64,000 bases of DNA from Candidatus Micrarchaeia archaeon (lineage in GTDB: Archaea; Micrarchaeota; Micrarchaeia; CABMEP01): the NCBI GenBank assembly GCA_038881595.1, contig JAVZPM010000001.1:295335-359334 (forward strand), in the 5' to 3' direction. Below, one piece after another: positions 20,877-30,933 of this stretch (within the stretch, counting starts at the first letter, position 1; every line of letters starts with the position of its first letter). The notes beneath the pieces are model-generated. The model worked only from the letters and a program-made list of their open reading frames with translations. It was not told the origin of the DNA and searched no databases. A program made the translations under genes and the position numbers.

Positions 20877-22571
20877 ATGAAAATAATGTTTGCAGAGAAT
20901 AAGTTACACATTAAAACACAAAGTTGCAGAATATTCTCTATTTTAATTTTTATTTTATTATCTCTTTCTCCCTTCTTTTCATTTCCAGTTGATGTAAAAT
21001 GGAAGGTTCAAACAACACAGACTTCAACAGCACCAGTAATAGGGCAGGACTATCTATTTTCAATCTCAGACTCTGGAAACGTGGTAGCATTTAATCGCTT
21101 TACACTGTCAAGAGTTTGGAACTTGGATTTGGGCAAAAGTGTTAAGTATCAATCAAGTTTCATAAGTAACATTCTTTTCGTTCCGGCTGAAAATATATTA
21201 TTTGCTGTTTCGAAAGATGGCCGTATGTTAGGAAATGTATCATTCAATTCAACTATCTCTACTCCAGTTGTTCAGGTAGGTTCAAACTTAATGGTTGCAA
21301 CAAGAGATGGAAATGTATATACAATATCGCAACCAGGTAATACATTTACAAATAAAAATTTAATAAAAACAAATAAATTAGATGGACAAATTGATTCATC
21401 GTTTGCATTAAGTGGAAATAAGATTTTTGTAGCTACAGTTAATGGCAAGATTTATTCAATAGACCCGACAGGTTCTTTAGTACTTTTATATGATCTCGGG
21501 TATTCGGTATGGAGATCAAGATTTGTGATCACTAATAATACAATTTATGTTCCAGCTGAGCATTCATTATATGCAGTCGACATGCAAGGCAAACTTATTA
21601 TGGTAAAAAGAATCGCAGATGGCAATCTCAATTCGATGGCAACTGATGGAGAAAGACTTTATGTAGGTTCAGATGATGGTTATTTCTACTGTTTAGATCT
21701 TGAAGGTAATATTCTTTGGAAATTTAAAACAAACAATTCAATCAAAAGTATTCCAGTCGTCCTTCAAGACTCAATTCTAATTTCTTCTAGAGACAACAAT
21801 ATATACAGCATAAATAAGAAAGGAGAGCTTAAATGGAACATTTCATTTTCAGATTGGCCAAGTGATATAGTTGAAGAAAAAGGAATAATTTATTTCACTA
21901 CATATGATGGAACTGTTTATGCAGTCTCATTACTTTCATGCCAAATAACAAATCCTGAAGTTAGTTCTACAATTCTTCCAATTGTGACAGTAGCGGGTGA
22001 TGCTTATTCAGAGAATGGGGTAAAATTAGTTCAAGTAAGAACACTTCCAGGAGAATGGCAATCTGTTAATTTGCACGGGGATGGAAATAATTTAAGTTGG
22101 TCTGGAAATATTCAGATTACAGGATTTACAGAAGGAGAGGTATCTCTTCAGTGTAGAGTAATAGATAAATATGATAATCAAGAACAACCTCCTTACTTTA
22201 CTTCAACCTATAATTTTGTTTTCTCAGAAGAAAAACTTCCTAAGATAAACGTTTCTTATCCTTTACAAGTTAATGTGAATCAACCTATTATAATAAAATT
22301 CTTTACTACAGAAGGAGCTATCTTAACAGATGTTAATGTAAAAATCAGTGGAGAGACATACAAAGTGACAGATAAGTCAGGGCAGTTTACATACACTCCT
22401 ACGAAAGAAGGGGACTTAACTATTTATATCGAAAAATCAGGTTATCAACAGAGACAAATACAAATAAAAGTTACAAAGCCTTTAATTCAACCGATATATG
22501 TAGCAATAATATTTCTTGTTGCAGTAGCAATAGTCATATATTCTTCAATAAGAAAAGGAACTTGGAAATAA
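20877..22571 (+). CDS. Secreted PQQ-like beta-propeller protein with Ig-like domains and C-terminal TM anchor
   Basis: Signal peptide; repeats such as YVGSDDGYFYCLDLEGNILWKF; C-terminal hydrophobic helix plus basic tail. Confidence 0.8.
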   Translation: MKIMFAENKLHIKTQSCRIFSILIFILLSLSPFFSFPVDVKWKVQTTQTSTAPVIGQDYLFSISDSGNVVAFNRFTLSRVWNLDLGKSVKYQSSFISNILFVPAENILFAVSKDGRMLGNVSFNSTISTPVVQVGSNLMVATRDGNVYTISQPGNTFTNKNLIKTNKLDGQIDSSFALSGNKIFVATVNGKIYSIDPTGSLVLLYDLGYSVWRSRFVITNNTIYVPAEHSLYAVDMQGKLIMVKRIADGNLNSMATDGERLYVGSDDGYFYCLDLEGNILWKFKTNNSIKSIPVVLQDSILISSRDNNIYSINKKGELKWNISFSDWPSDIVEEKGIIYFTTYDGTVYAVSLLSCQITNPEVSSTILPIVTVAGDAYSENGVKLVQVRTLPGEWQSVNLHGDGNNLSWSGNIQITGFTEGEVSLQCRVIDKYDNQEQPPYFTSTYNFVFSEEKLPKINVSYPLQVNVNQPIIIKFFTTEGAILTDVNVKISGETYKVTDKSGQFTYTPTKEGDLTIYIEKSGYQQRQIQIKVTKPLIQPIYVAIIFLVAVAIVIYSSIRKGTWK

Positions 22572-23205
22572 ATTTTGAATTAATATATTTTTTATTAATC
22601 TCATCTAAAATATTTCTATTTTCATTCCCACTTTTCCAAACAATATAGCTAGAGATAAAAGTAAGCAAGAGAGTTACTGTTGCTATTATTTCTATTCCTT
22701 CATTTGGAATCATTGGGCGTGTTCCAATCAAATAGTCAAAAGCATCATTAAGCAAATAGAATCCAAGTATTAAGACTAAATCTTTTTTCTTTATTTCTAA
22801 TCCAGTTAAAGCAAGTCCCTCCAATGTTAGACCAAGATGTGCAATAAATAAAATCGAGTAAGTAAAAGGATCAGAAAATAGAAAATAATTATAATAAAAT
22901 AGGATTACAAACATAGTCCATATTCCATATTTAATTGAACCAACTGCAGTGAAGTTAGTAAGGAATCTAAACAGTCCAAATAATTTTTGGTTATTGGGAT
23001 TTTCTATATTTTCTTTTTTATATAATTTTTTCACTTTCCAGATTAGTATCATCCCAACTAATAGAGCTTGTAAAGGACAATCAATTATTAATATCCAGTA
23101 TAAAAAGTTCCAATCAGAAAGTTGATCTGAATAGTAGTGGATACCATATAAAAATCCTATAAAATTTATAACTGCTATAATCAATAGTAGATTTCCTTCT
23201 TGCAT
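22534..23205 (-). CDS. DUF1405-like membrane protein
   Basis: YYSDQL, DCP, KYGIWT, HL..EG and NDAFDY..GTRP motifs. Confidence 0.75.
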   Translation of the reverse strand: MQEGNLLLIIAVINFIGFLYGIHYYSDQLSDWNFLYWILIIDCPLQALLVGMILIWKVKKLYKKENIENPNNQKLFGLFRFLTNFTAVGSIKYGIWTMFVILFYYNYFLFSDPFTYSILFIAHLGLTLEGLALTGLEIKKKDLVLILGFYLLNDAFDYLIGTRPMIPNEGIEIIATVTLLLTFISSYIVWKSGNENRNILDEINKKYINSKFISKFLFLLKNI

Positions 23206-23240
23206 TTTGTCACTTTCTATATTTACAGAATGTATAAGAA

Positions 23241-23720
23241 TTATTCTTTAATAATTTTTATAGGCACTCCTCCAACAAAACTGTTTTCTCTAACATCCTT
23301 ATTTACAAGGGACATTGCAGATATTTTAGCATTATTTCCTATCTTAACTCCTGGAAGTATTGTGCTATTTGCCCCGATCATAACATTTTTACCTATCTCA
23401 ACATTTCCTATTCTTAATTCTTCCTGTAAGAATTCATGTGTCAATACTGTAGAGTTAAATCCTATTATAGTATTATCTTCTATTTTGATTAATTCAGGAA
23501 AAAATATATCGAATGTCACTCCTAATCCAATTGATACATTCTTACCTATTTTCATTCCAGTCATTTTGTAAAGCAATCTTTTGATTGTCAATGAAGGTAT
23601 GTATTTAGCGATATAGATTAATATAAAATTATATATTATTATCAAAGGGTTTTTTGCTTTATACCAATAAAGAAGCGAATTTCCTTTTTCAGAAAATCTT
23701 ATCGACTTGAGTCTTCTCAT
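23241..23720 (-). CDS. Hexapeptide-repeat acyltransferase
   Basis: IGKNVSIG/IGKNVMIGANSTILPGVKIG repeats; LTHEF; GGVP. Confidence 0.9.
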   Translation of the reverse strand: MRRLKSIRFSEKGNSLLYWYKAKNPLIIIYNFILIYIAKYIPSLTIKRLLYKMTGMKIGKNVSIGLGVTFDIFFPELIKIEDNTIIGFNSTVLTHEFLQEELRIGNVEIGKNVMIGANSTILPGVKIGNNAKISAMSLVNKDVRENSFVGGVPIKIIKE

Positions 23721-23823
23721 TTAATCACTTAATCCATAAAACAATAATATTTTTAAATTATCGCATTGTATATATCTTATCTATTGTAATTATTAAATAT
23801 ACGCGCAGATCTTTATATCTGTT

Positions 23824-23852
23824 GCCCGTATAACCGCATTTTGCGGGAGGGT
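23824..23852 (+). promoter_or_regulatory. Candidate L1-binding autoregulatory leader hairpin overlapping the rpl1 RBS
   Basis: GCCC-GTATAA-CCGCA-ttt-TGCGG-GA-GGGT: two helices around a 6x2 internal loop containing GGAG. Confidence 0.65.
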
Positions 23853-23858
23853 GTTTAG

Positions 23859-24491
23859 ATGATTAATGACGATAACATTAAACAGGCTATTTCAAAAGCC
23901 TTAGAAGAAAAAGGTTCAAGAAAGTTTGTACAGTCTGTTGAAATGGCTGTGAATTTTAAAAACATAGACATGTCAAAACAGGAGAACAAGCTTAATCTTG
24001 AAGTTACGCTTCCAAAAGGAAGAGGAAAAAACATAAACTTAGTGGTATTTGCAGATGGAAATGTTGCAGCTGATGCGAAGGCAGCAGGAGCAGAATTTGT
24101 AATAGGTAGTGATCAAATTTCAAAATATAAGAAATCAGACATAAAAAGACTTGCAAAGAATTCAGAGTTTTTTGCACAACCTCAATTGATGGTGTTAGTT
24201 GGTAAGAATTTCGGTCAGATTCTTGGTGGAAGAGGAAAGATTCCAAAGCCTCTTGTTGGAAATGTTTCTGCAATGCTTAAAAATGCGAGAAATGTCGTAA
24301 AGATAAGATCGAGAGGAAAGTTTCTTCCTGTTGTTCACTGTGCTATCGGAACAGAAAATATGTCTGTGGAGGATCTTGCAGAAAACGCAAAAGCAGTTCT
24401 CAATGCAATAAGAAATAAAGTAGGTGGAGACTCAGTAATAAAATCAGTTGTAATCAAACTTTCCATGGGTAAACCAGTTAAGGTAGAGTAA
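23859..24491 (+). CDS. rpl1: 50S ribosomal protein L1
   Basis: RKFVQSVE, LGGRGKIPKP, IGTENM, SMGKP. Confidence 0.97.
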   Translation: MINDDNIKQAISKALEEKGSRKFVQSVEMAVNFKNIDMSKQENKLNLEVTLPKGRGKNINLVVFADGNVAADAKAAGAEFVIGSDQISKYKKSDIKRLAKNSEFFAQPQLMVLVGKNFGQILGGRGKIPKPLVGNVSAMLKNARNVVKIRSRGKFLPVVHCAIGTENMSVEDLAENAKAVLNAIRNKVGGDSVIKSVVIKLSMGKPVKVE

Positions 24492-24507
24492 ATAAAAGGT
24501 GATATTT

Positions 24508-25347
24508 ATGGTAAGCGCACTTGAGATTAAAAAGCAAAAAGTAAATGAAATAGCTAATCAATTAAAGACAGCAAAAGTTGTTGCAGTCGTAGATTTGCAT
24601 ACTTTACCAAATGCTCTTTTACATCAAATAAGAAAAGAACTAAAAGGAGAAGCAAAAATTATAATATATAAGACATCACTTCTTAGAAGAGCACTTAAAT
24701 TAGCAAAGCTAAATCAATTACTCCCAGCAATGAAGGGAGAGAAAGCACTGCTTATTACAAATACAGATCCATTCAAACTTTACAAAAAGATGAATGCAAA
24801 TCCATTGAAGGTTTATGCAAAGCCAGGTCAAATAGCCCCTTATGATATAGTCGTACCTGCTGGAGAAACACAATTGCCACCCGGTCCGATTCTGACAGAG
24901 CTTAAGACTGCAGGTATAGACGCAAGGATACAGGCAGGAAAGGTCGCAGTCGGAAAGGATTCCTTAGTTGCAAAGAAAGGAGAAGTTATAAAGGACGTTG
25001 TGGCTAAGGCATTGCAGAAATTAGATATTAAGCCATTTGAAATAAGAGTTCATGTTCCTCTTGCATACGAAGATGGAATAGTATACAGCGAAGAGCTTCT
25101 TAATGTTGACGAGAAGAAATTATTGTCGGATATGGCATCTGGATACTTTAATGCAAGAGCAATCTCAATGGAGATTGGATACATAACAAAAGATACAATA
25201 GAGCCTTTGCTGCAGAAGGCATATCGCAATGCAAGATATATTGGAATTGAGAAAGATATCATGCTTCCTGAATTAATGGAAGAATTGATGAAGAAGGCAG
25301 CGAGACAGGCACAATCTGTAAATTCAGCAGTGCCTCAAGCTGCATGA
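24508..25347 (+). CDS. rpl10: 50S ribosomal protein L10 (P0)
   Basis: AKPGQIAPYDIVVPAGET.LPPGP; ATG at 24508 after aggtga RBS. Confidence 0.96.
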   Translation: MVSALEIKKQKVNEIANQLKTAKVVAVVDLHTLPNALLHQIRKELKGEAKIIIYKTSLLRRALKLAKLNQLLPAMKGEKALLITNTDPFKLYKKMNANPLKVYAKPGQIAPYDIVVPAGETQLPPGPILTELKTAGIDARIQAGKVAVGKDSLVAKKGEVIKDVVAKALQKLDIKPFEIRVHVPLAYEDGIVYSEELLNVDEKKLLSDMASGYFNARAISMEIGYITKDTIEPLLQKAYRNARYIGIEKDIMLPELMEELMKKAARQAQSVNSAVPQAA

Positions 25348-25382
25348 TCATCAAGTTAAATAGATGTTTTTGAGGTGAATTT

Positions 25383-25682
25383 ATGGAATATATCTACGCT
25401 GCTTTGTTGTTGCACGCAGGCAAGAAAGAAATAACAGAGGACGCATTAAATGCAACTGTAAAGGCTGCAGGTTTAACACCTGACCCAGCAAAGGCAAAGA
25501 TGGTGGTTACAGCTCTTCAAGGAGCAAATATAGATGAGATATTGAAGAATGCATCTATGCCAGTTGCAGTAGCAGCCCCATCTGCTGGTGCAGCTCCAGC
25601 TGAAGCAAAGAAGGAAGAGAAGAAAGAGGAAAAGAAGACAGAAGAAGAAGCAGCAGCAGGACTTGGTAGCCTCTTTGGCTAA
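25383..25682 (+). CDS. rpl12: 50S ribosomal protein L12 (aP1)
   Basis: [11 protein letters not shown]...[10 protein letters not shown]. Confidence 0.98.
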   Translation: MEYIYAALLLHAGKKEITEDALNATVKAAGLTPDPAKAKMVVTALQGANIDEILKNASMPVAVAAPSAGAAPAEAKKEEKKEEKKTEEEAAAGLGSLFG

Positions 25683-25804
25683 TTCTTCTATTTCTTTTTA
25701 TTTTCTCTTGGTATTACTCTTTATTTTTCATATTTTTTGATTTTTAAAATAAAATCTATTTTTCACAAAAGAAAATATATAAAATTTTATTTCGTAATGC
25801 ACAT

Positions 25805-26902
25805 ATGTATAGTAAATATTTAGGTAAACAAAATAGTAATGAACATTTTTTAAATACATTAATAGTTTCTGCATTAGTAAACGCACAAAAAGAGCCAGAT
25901 TCTGAGTATTATGTCTCGAAAATTCAATTAAGTAAGGGAGCAGAAGAGTTATTTAAAAAATTGGCTTTAAATTATAGTTCAGATTTACGCACTTTTTTCG
26001 AGAAACAAAATAAGACTGTATTTTTTTTATTTCAAAAGAAAGTTTTGGATAATATAAGAATATTAAAAGAAGAGGATAAAACATATCTGCAATTTAATTT
26101 TAATCCATTAATAAATTTCTTTAAATTAACCCCAGATGGTGAAAAGGTAATAGCGATAGTTTCAAGATTGGAGAAAACTAAAAGAAAGAACTACAAATAT
26201 AATTTTTTAGTAACAACTACAAATATAAATAAATTGGTTGACGAAATTAAAAAATATACAAAAGATGAAATCGAATACAACCAAATAGACAAGGATAAGT
26301 TTAATATTACTATTAAAAGAGGTGATCCAAAAGTAAAAGAAATAAGTGAAAATGCTAAGTTCGATGCTTTTTTATGTCTGACAAATATTTATTTAAGTAA
26401 AAACAAAAGGAATGAGTTTGTCAAGTTTCTTGTAGATTTGTGGAATGCACCCTATAATGATTTCGAAAATAGAAAGGCAATAGAAGAGGTTTTTTCAAAA
26501 GCAAAGTGGGAGGTATGGAATGAGGTAAAGAATTATTTACCTACCACAATAAGGAATCAAATAGCTAAGAAGAGAGAGGAGGCTTTACCTAAAGAAAGAT
26601 TAGAACAAATAAAGAAAGAGACAATATTTCAAAGAAAATATAAACCATTAGATAAGATAATTGCACTTATGGAGGATGAAGAATCTAAGAACAAAGTAAT
26701 TAAAAGCGATTTGAAGACATTAAGAAAAGAAATTAACAAAGTATTAAAGGTTATGAAAAAAGCAGGAAAAGAGGAACAGGCAAAGAAAGAGATTGAGGAT
26801 TTTGTTGCAAGAAATTTAGAAGAAAATTGGTATTCTAAATTTGATGAAATAATGAAATTTAGAGCATTTTTAAGAAAGAAATATGAAGATGCATTTAAAT
26901 AG
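25805..26902 (+). CDS. Hypothetical Lys/Glu-rich protein
   Basis: 365-aa ORF, very AT-rich, no motif recognised. Confidence 0.6.
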   Translation: MYSKYLGKQNSNEHFLNTLIVSALVNAQKEPDSEYYVSKIQLSKGAEELFKKLALNYSSDLRTFFEKQNKTVFFLFQKKVLDNIRILKEEDKTYLQFNFNPLINFFKLTPDGEKVIAIVSRLEKTKRKNYKYNFLVTTTNINKLVDEIKKYTKDEIEYNQIDKDKFNITIKRGDPKVKEISENAKFDAFLCLTNIYLSKNKRNEFVKFLVDLWNAPYNDFENRKAIEEVFSKAKWEVWNEVKNYLPTTIRNQIAKKREEALPKERLEQIKKETIFQRKYKPLDKIIALMEDEESKNKVIKSDLKTLRKEINKVLKVMKKAGKEEQAKKEIEDFVARNLEENWYSKFDEIMKFRAFLRKKYEDAFK

Positions 26903-26917
26903 ATTTTAGCTAATTCA

Positions 26918-27628
26918 TTAAATTTTTATAATCCTGAAGATCCTTCCATTCAATCGATTCATGTTAATTTCAAACACTCCTTTTTGTATGCCTATTGGCT
27001 TTGACAGACCTTTTCTAATCGATTTTTTATATTCCTCTAAATTGTAGGCTTCAGAAAATGTATACACACTGCCTATCTCTCTTAGGATGTGTGCATCGCT
27101 GCCACCGATTTGTGGAATTTTATTCTTTGTTGCATATTCTATCGCCCTTCCGTTTTCTTTTGCACTACATCTTCCATTTATTGACTCTATCGCATCAAAT
27201 TTTATCTTTTTTTCAGATAAAAATTGCAACATATTTTGTTTTCGAAAAAGTCTTGAAAATGGGTGGGGAATCGCAGCAATTCCATTTCTTTCATGAATCT
27301 GATCAATTATCTCTTTAACATTTTCAGGAGTCTGTTCTTCCTTTTTTATTTTTAAGTCTTCATCTAAAAAAAGAGCGAGAATCTCGCCAATTTTCTTTCC
27401 CTTCTTTTCACCAATTTTTGGTTTCTTTCTTATTACTATTTCTTTTCCTGCAACAAATATAAGTCCAAGTTCCTTTGCAGCCTTTTTTCCTCTTTCCCAT
27501 CCAGAAGAAGTATCATGGTCTGTTATAGCAAATCCATTCAGTCCAAGTGCCTTTGCTCTTGAAGCTATTTGTTCAGGGTTGCAGCATCCATCTGAATATA
27601 TTGAGTGAATATGTAGATCAAGTTTCAT
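26918..27628 (-). CDS. PHP-domain phosphoesterase
   Basis: DLHIHS.YSDG, AITDHD, PHPF, GGSDAH; start set at MKLDLH. Confidence 0.92.
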   Translation of the reverse strand: MKLDLHIHSIYSDGCCNPEQIASRAKALGLNGFAITDHDTSSGWERGKKAAKELGLIFVAGKEIVIRKKPKIGEKKGKKIGEILALFLDEDLKIKKEEQTPENVKEIIDQIHERNGIAAIPHPFSRLFRKQNMLQFLSEKKIKFDAIESINGRCSAKENGRAIEYATKNKIPQIGGSDAHILREIGSVYTFSEAYNLEEYKKSIRKGLSKPIGIQKGVFEINMNRLNGRIFRIIKI

Positions 27629-27679
27629 TAATAATCTATGATATGATAATATTTTATATTTTATTTTATAATGTGTAAT

Positions 27680-28180
27680 ATGGAAGCTAAACATAGTGGA
27701 GATGCAAAATTAGAGAAATACTATCTTTCATGGGAAAAAATAGAAAAAATGTGCCAGGATATAGCAAACCAAATAGAAAAACAGAATTTAAAAATAGACA
27801 AAATAATTGCAATAAGCAGAGGAGGTCTTATTCCAGGAAGAATACTTTCAGGTCTTCTTAAAAATAAGAATCTTTCTACTATAAGAGTTACCTTTTATAC
27901 AAAGCCAGGTGTGGCTAAAGATAAACCTCACCTAGCAGAGGACCTTTCGACAGATGTGACAGATAAGAATGTGCTTATTGTGGATGATGTTGTGGAATCT
28001 GGAAAGACACTTTCTCTTACATATAATTACCTTAAAGAAAGAGGAGTAAAAAAAATATATTCTGCAGCTCTCCTTGATAAAATCGTAGACGGAAAAGAAA
28101 AAATTATGTCTCCAGATTTTTATTCAGAAAAAATCGCTAACAAGTGGATCGTTTATCCTTGGGAAAAGTTTGAAGAATGA
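27680..28180 (+). CDS. Purine phosphoribosyltransferase (type I PRTase)
   Basis: ISRGG, VLIVDDVVESGKT, WIVYPWE. Confidence 0.9.
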   Translation: MEAKHSGDAKLEKYYLSWEKIEKMCQDIANQIEKQNLKIDKIIAISRGGLIPGRILSGLLKNKNLSTIRVTFYTKPGVAKDKPHLAEDLSTDVTDKNVLIVDDVVESGKTLSLTYNYLKERGVKKIYSAALLDKIVDGKEKIMSPDFYSEKIANKWIVYPWEKFEE

Positions 28181-28191
28181 TTTTTTAATGA

Positions 28192-28848
28192 TCAGTAATC
28201 TTTTTCATAGTATCCGAATCTTCCCACTAAAGGAACAAACATAACAGGCAGAATAGCTCTTGTACTTATACCCTCATTTTCATTCTTTTCAACCAAAACA
28301 AGATCCTGCCAGTATCCTATACCAAGCGGAATAAGCATCTTTCCTCCTTTCTTTAATTGTTCTAATAGAGGCAGCGGAATCTGAGGAGAAGCCGCAGATA
28401 CAATTATTCTGTCAAAAGGCGACTTTTCTCTTAATCCTTCGGTTCCATCCTTTACAATTATCTCAACATTTTCAATTCCCAGCTGCTTTATTATCTGTTT
28501 TGCATTCTCTGCAAGTTCTTTTATTCTTTCTATAGAATATATTTTTCCGCTATTTCCTACAAGCTTTGCTAATAAGCATGTCTGCCATCCAGATCCAGTT
28601 CCAATTTCAAGTACAGTCATTCCTTCTCTAACATTTAGTTCTTTAAGCATTATTCCAACTATAGAAGGAGCAGAGATTGTTTGTCCAAATCCAATAGGTA
28701 AAGGAAGATCTAGATAGCTTGAATCTTTTAATTCGGCTGGAATAAACAATTCTCTTTTAATCTCTCTCATTGCTGAAGCTATCCTTTCGTCAATATAATT
28801 ATTTTTCAAAAGATATTCTATCATTATGCTATTCTTGTCTTCTTTCAT
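28192..28848 (-). CDS. pcm: Protein-L-isoaspartate O-methyltransferase
   Basis: GQTISAP, VLEIGTGSGW, FDRIIVSA, FVPLVG. Confidence 0.95.
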   Translation of the reverse strand: MKEDKNSIMIEYLLKNNYIDERIASAMREIKRELFIPAELKDSSYLDLPLPIGFGQTISAPSIVGIMLKELNVREGMTVLEIGTGSGWQTCLLAKLVGNSGKIYSIERIKELAENAKQIIKQLGIENVEIIVKDGTEGLREKSPFDRIIVSAASPQIPLPLLEQLKKGGKMLIPLGIGYWQDLVLVEKNENEGISTRAILPVMFVPLVGRFGYYEKDY

Positions 28849-28941
28849 AAAATCAGTTACAAATAAAGATATAAATATCTTTAATTCATATATCTTTACA
28901 ACTCTATCCTGCAAAATCTAGATACTCTTTCAGGTGTTTTT

Positions 28942-29130
28942 ATGAAGTATGTAATAAATGGAAAATCAAATAGTATAAGATTTGAAGGAACAGTTCAGGA
29001 ACTTCTAAGCAAGCTTGGAATAAGCGAGCAGATAGTAATTGTCAAGGTCAATGGCAAGATTGTTACAGAATTAGATAAAATTTCTAATCAAGATAATGTA
29101 GAAATCCAGAAAGTAATACTCGGTGGATGA
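28942..29130 (+). CDS. Ubiquitin-like sulfur carrier (ThiS/MoaD/SAMP, TtuB-like)
   Basis: 62 aa; VKVNG; C-terminal GG; directly upstream of the thiolase. Confidence 0.9.
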   Translation: MKYVINGKSNSIRFEGTVQELLSKLGISEQIVIVKVNGKIVTELDKISNQDNVEIQKVILGG

Positions 29131-29146
29131 TTTAAAGGTGTTAACT

Positions 29147-30094
29147 GTGGTTAAGTGTTCTTTCTGCAATAAACAGGCAGTAATTCATCTTGCATATTCA
29201 AACACAAATCTATGCGAGAAGCACCTTGTTTATTCAGTAGAAAGAAGAGTGAAACGTACGATTAGAGAATACAAAATGTTGGATGGGGCCAAACATGTGG
29301 GAGTAGCAGTTTCTGGTGGAAAAGACAGTCAAGTTCTTTTGTATTTGCTTAACAAGATAGCAAAACCGATGAAAATAAAGCTTACTGCTATACTTGTGGA
29401 TGAAGGAATAGAAGGATACAGAGATAAGATCATTCCGGAGGCTAAGAAGCTTGCTTCTGATCTTGAAGTTCCTTTAGAAATAGTGACATTCAAGGAGCTA
29501 ACAAAATATACTCTAGATGAAATAATGTCAATACAAAAAGAAAAGAGAGAGGATTCTTCATGCACCTATTGCGGTGTTTTCAGAAGATATGCATTGAATC
29601 TTGCAGCAAAGAGATTAGGAGTGGACAGATTAGCTATAGGTCACAATCTTGATGACATGGTTCAGAGTTATATGATGAATATACTGAGAAATGAAGGTTT
29701 GCTTTTCAGATTCAAGCCAATAGGCGGGGCAATAGAGGATGAAAGATTTGTTATGAGGATAAGGCCTCTTTTTAAGATTCCAGAGAAAGAGATAGCAGTC
29801 TATGCTGTTGTAAAGGGTTTCAAATCTGTATTCGTAGAGTGTCCTTATGTTAATGAAGGCCTAAGACCTTTAGTAAGGGACTTCATTAATTCAGCTGAAT
29901 CTAGATATCCAGGAACAAAGTTTAAGATTCTTCAAAATTATTTAGAGACAAGCAAGATAATTTCAGATCAATTCGATTTTAATAAAAAAGAAAAGAAAAT
30001 AAACAGCTGTTCAATTTGTGGAGAACCTACTTCAGGTTCAATATGTAAAGCATGCAGCCTTTTGGAAAAATTGAAAAAAGGGGAGCGATCGTAA
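29147..30094 (+). CDS. tRNA 2-thiolation enzyme (TtuA/NcsA)
   Basis: N- and C-terminal Zn fingers; SGGKDS PP-loop; CTYCGVFRR; GHNLDD; ECPY (track start 29123). Confidence 0.92.
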   Translation: MVKCSFCNKQAVIHLAYSNTNLCEKHLVYSVERRVKRTIREYKMLDGAKHVGVAVSGGKDSQVLLYLLNKIAKPMKIKLTAILVDEGIEGYRDKIIPEAKKLASDLEVPLEIVTFKELTKYTLDEIMSIQKEKREDSSCTYCGVFRRYALNLAAKRLGVDRLAIGHNLDDMVQSYMMNILRNEGLLFRFKPIGGAIEDERFVMRIRPLFKIPEKEIAVYAVVKGFKSVFVECPYVNEGLRPLVRDFINSAESRYPGTKFKILQNYLETSKIISDQFDFNKKEKKINSCSICGEPTSGSICKACSLLEKLKKGERS

Positions 30095-30107
30095 AATATT
30101 TGGAAAT

Positions 30108-30860
30108 TTATGTTTTGTTTATAGAATTTATTATCTCTATAATTTGAGTTAAATCCTCAATCATATAATCTGCTTTTGGACCTTTTGCCTCATCGCTGTT
30201 GCATTTTCTGTTAAGATATACTGTAGTAAGGCCGGCATCTTTTGATGGCTCAATATCATTTGAATAGCTATCACCAACCATCATAATCTCTTTAACATCA
30301 TTATTTAATTTTGAAGCTATCCATAGGAAATATTCTTTTGTTTTTACATCTATACTTTGACATAATTTGTTCTCTTGAATATACTGCTCTGTTACAAATA
30401 TTTCATCTATAAGCATGTTTAGATTTGCCCAATTTATTTTATCTATTTGTTTATGCGTAATTCCTGCTGTGGCTATTCCAATAACTAGCCCTTTTTTCTT
30501 AAGTGAAGTTAGAGTTTCTATCACTTCATTATACAAAAAAGCAAAATATGCATATTTGGTTTTATGGTGTGCACTTATACCTGCTGTGGCTATCCTGTCA
30601 ATCTTGAGCTGATCATTTATTCCTAAGTTTTTGCAAACGATCATTGCAGTTTCATCAATAAGCTTTCCGTAGTTAGATCCTTTCTCTTTTCTTATCCGCT
30701 CCATTGTTTCCTCAAGAACCTTTCTTGACAATTTTATTCTGAACTTTTCAGTTGCCTCTGATTGCATTCCAATTATCACTGCTCTTTTTGAAAGCTCTTT
30801 GTATTCATTCGTATTCAAAATCGTATTATCCCAATCAAACAAAACAGTTTTTATTGCCAT
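30108..30860 (-). CDS. HAD-superfamily hydrolase
   Basis: FDWDNT motif I; MVGDS..NDI motif IV. Confidence 0.9.
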   Translation of the reverse strand: MAIKTVLFDWDNTILNTNEYKELSKRAVIIGMQSEATEKFRIKLSRKVLEETMERIRKEKGSNYGKLIDETAMIVCKNLGINDQLKIDRIATAGISAHHKTKYAYFAFLYNEVIETLTSLKKKGLVIGIATAGITHKQIDKINWANLNMLIDEIFVTEQYIQENKLCQSIDVKTKEYFLWIASKLNNDVKEIMMVGDSYSNDIEPSKDAGLTTVYLNRKCNSDEAKGPKADYMIEDLTQIIEIINSINKT

Positions 30861-30933
30861 GAAATAAAGACACAAGACAGATATAAATACATTTCGCTAT
30901 ATTATTTTTAGATTTAATATAGTGGTGTAGGTT

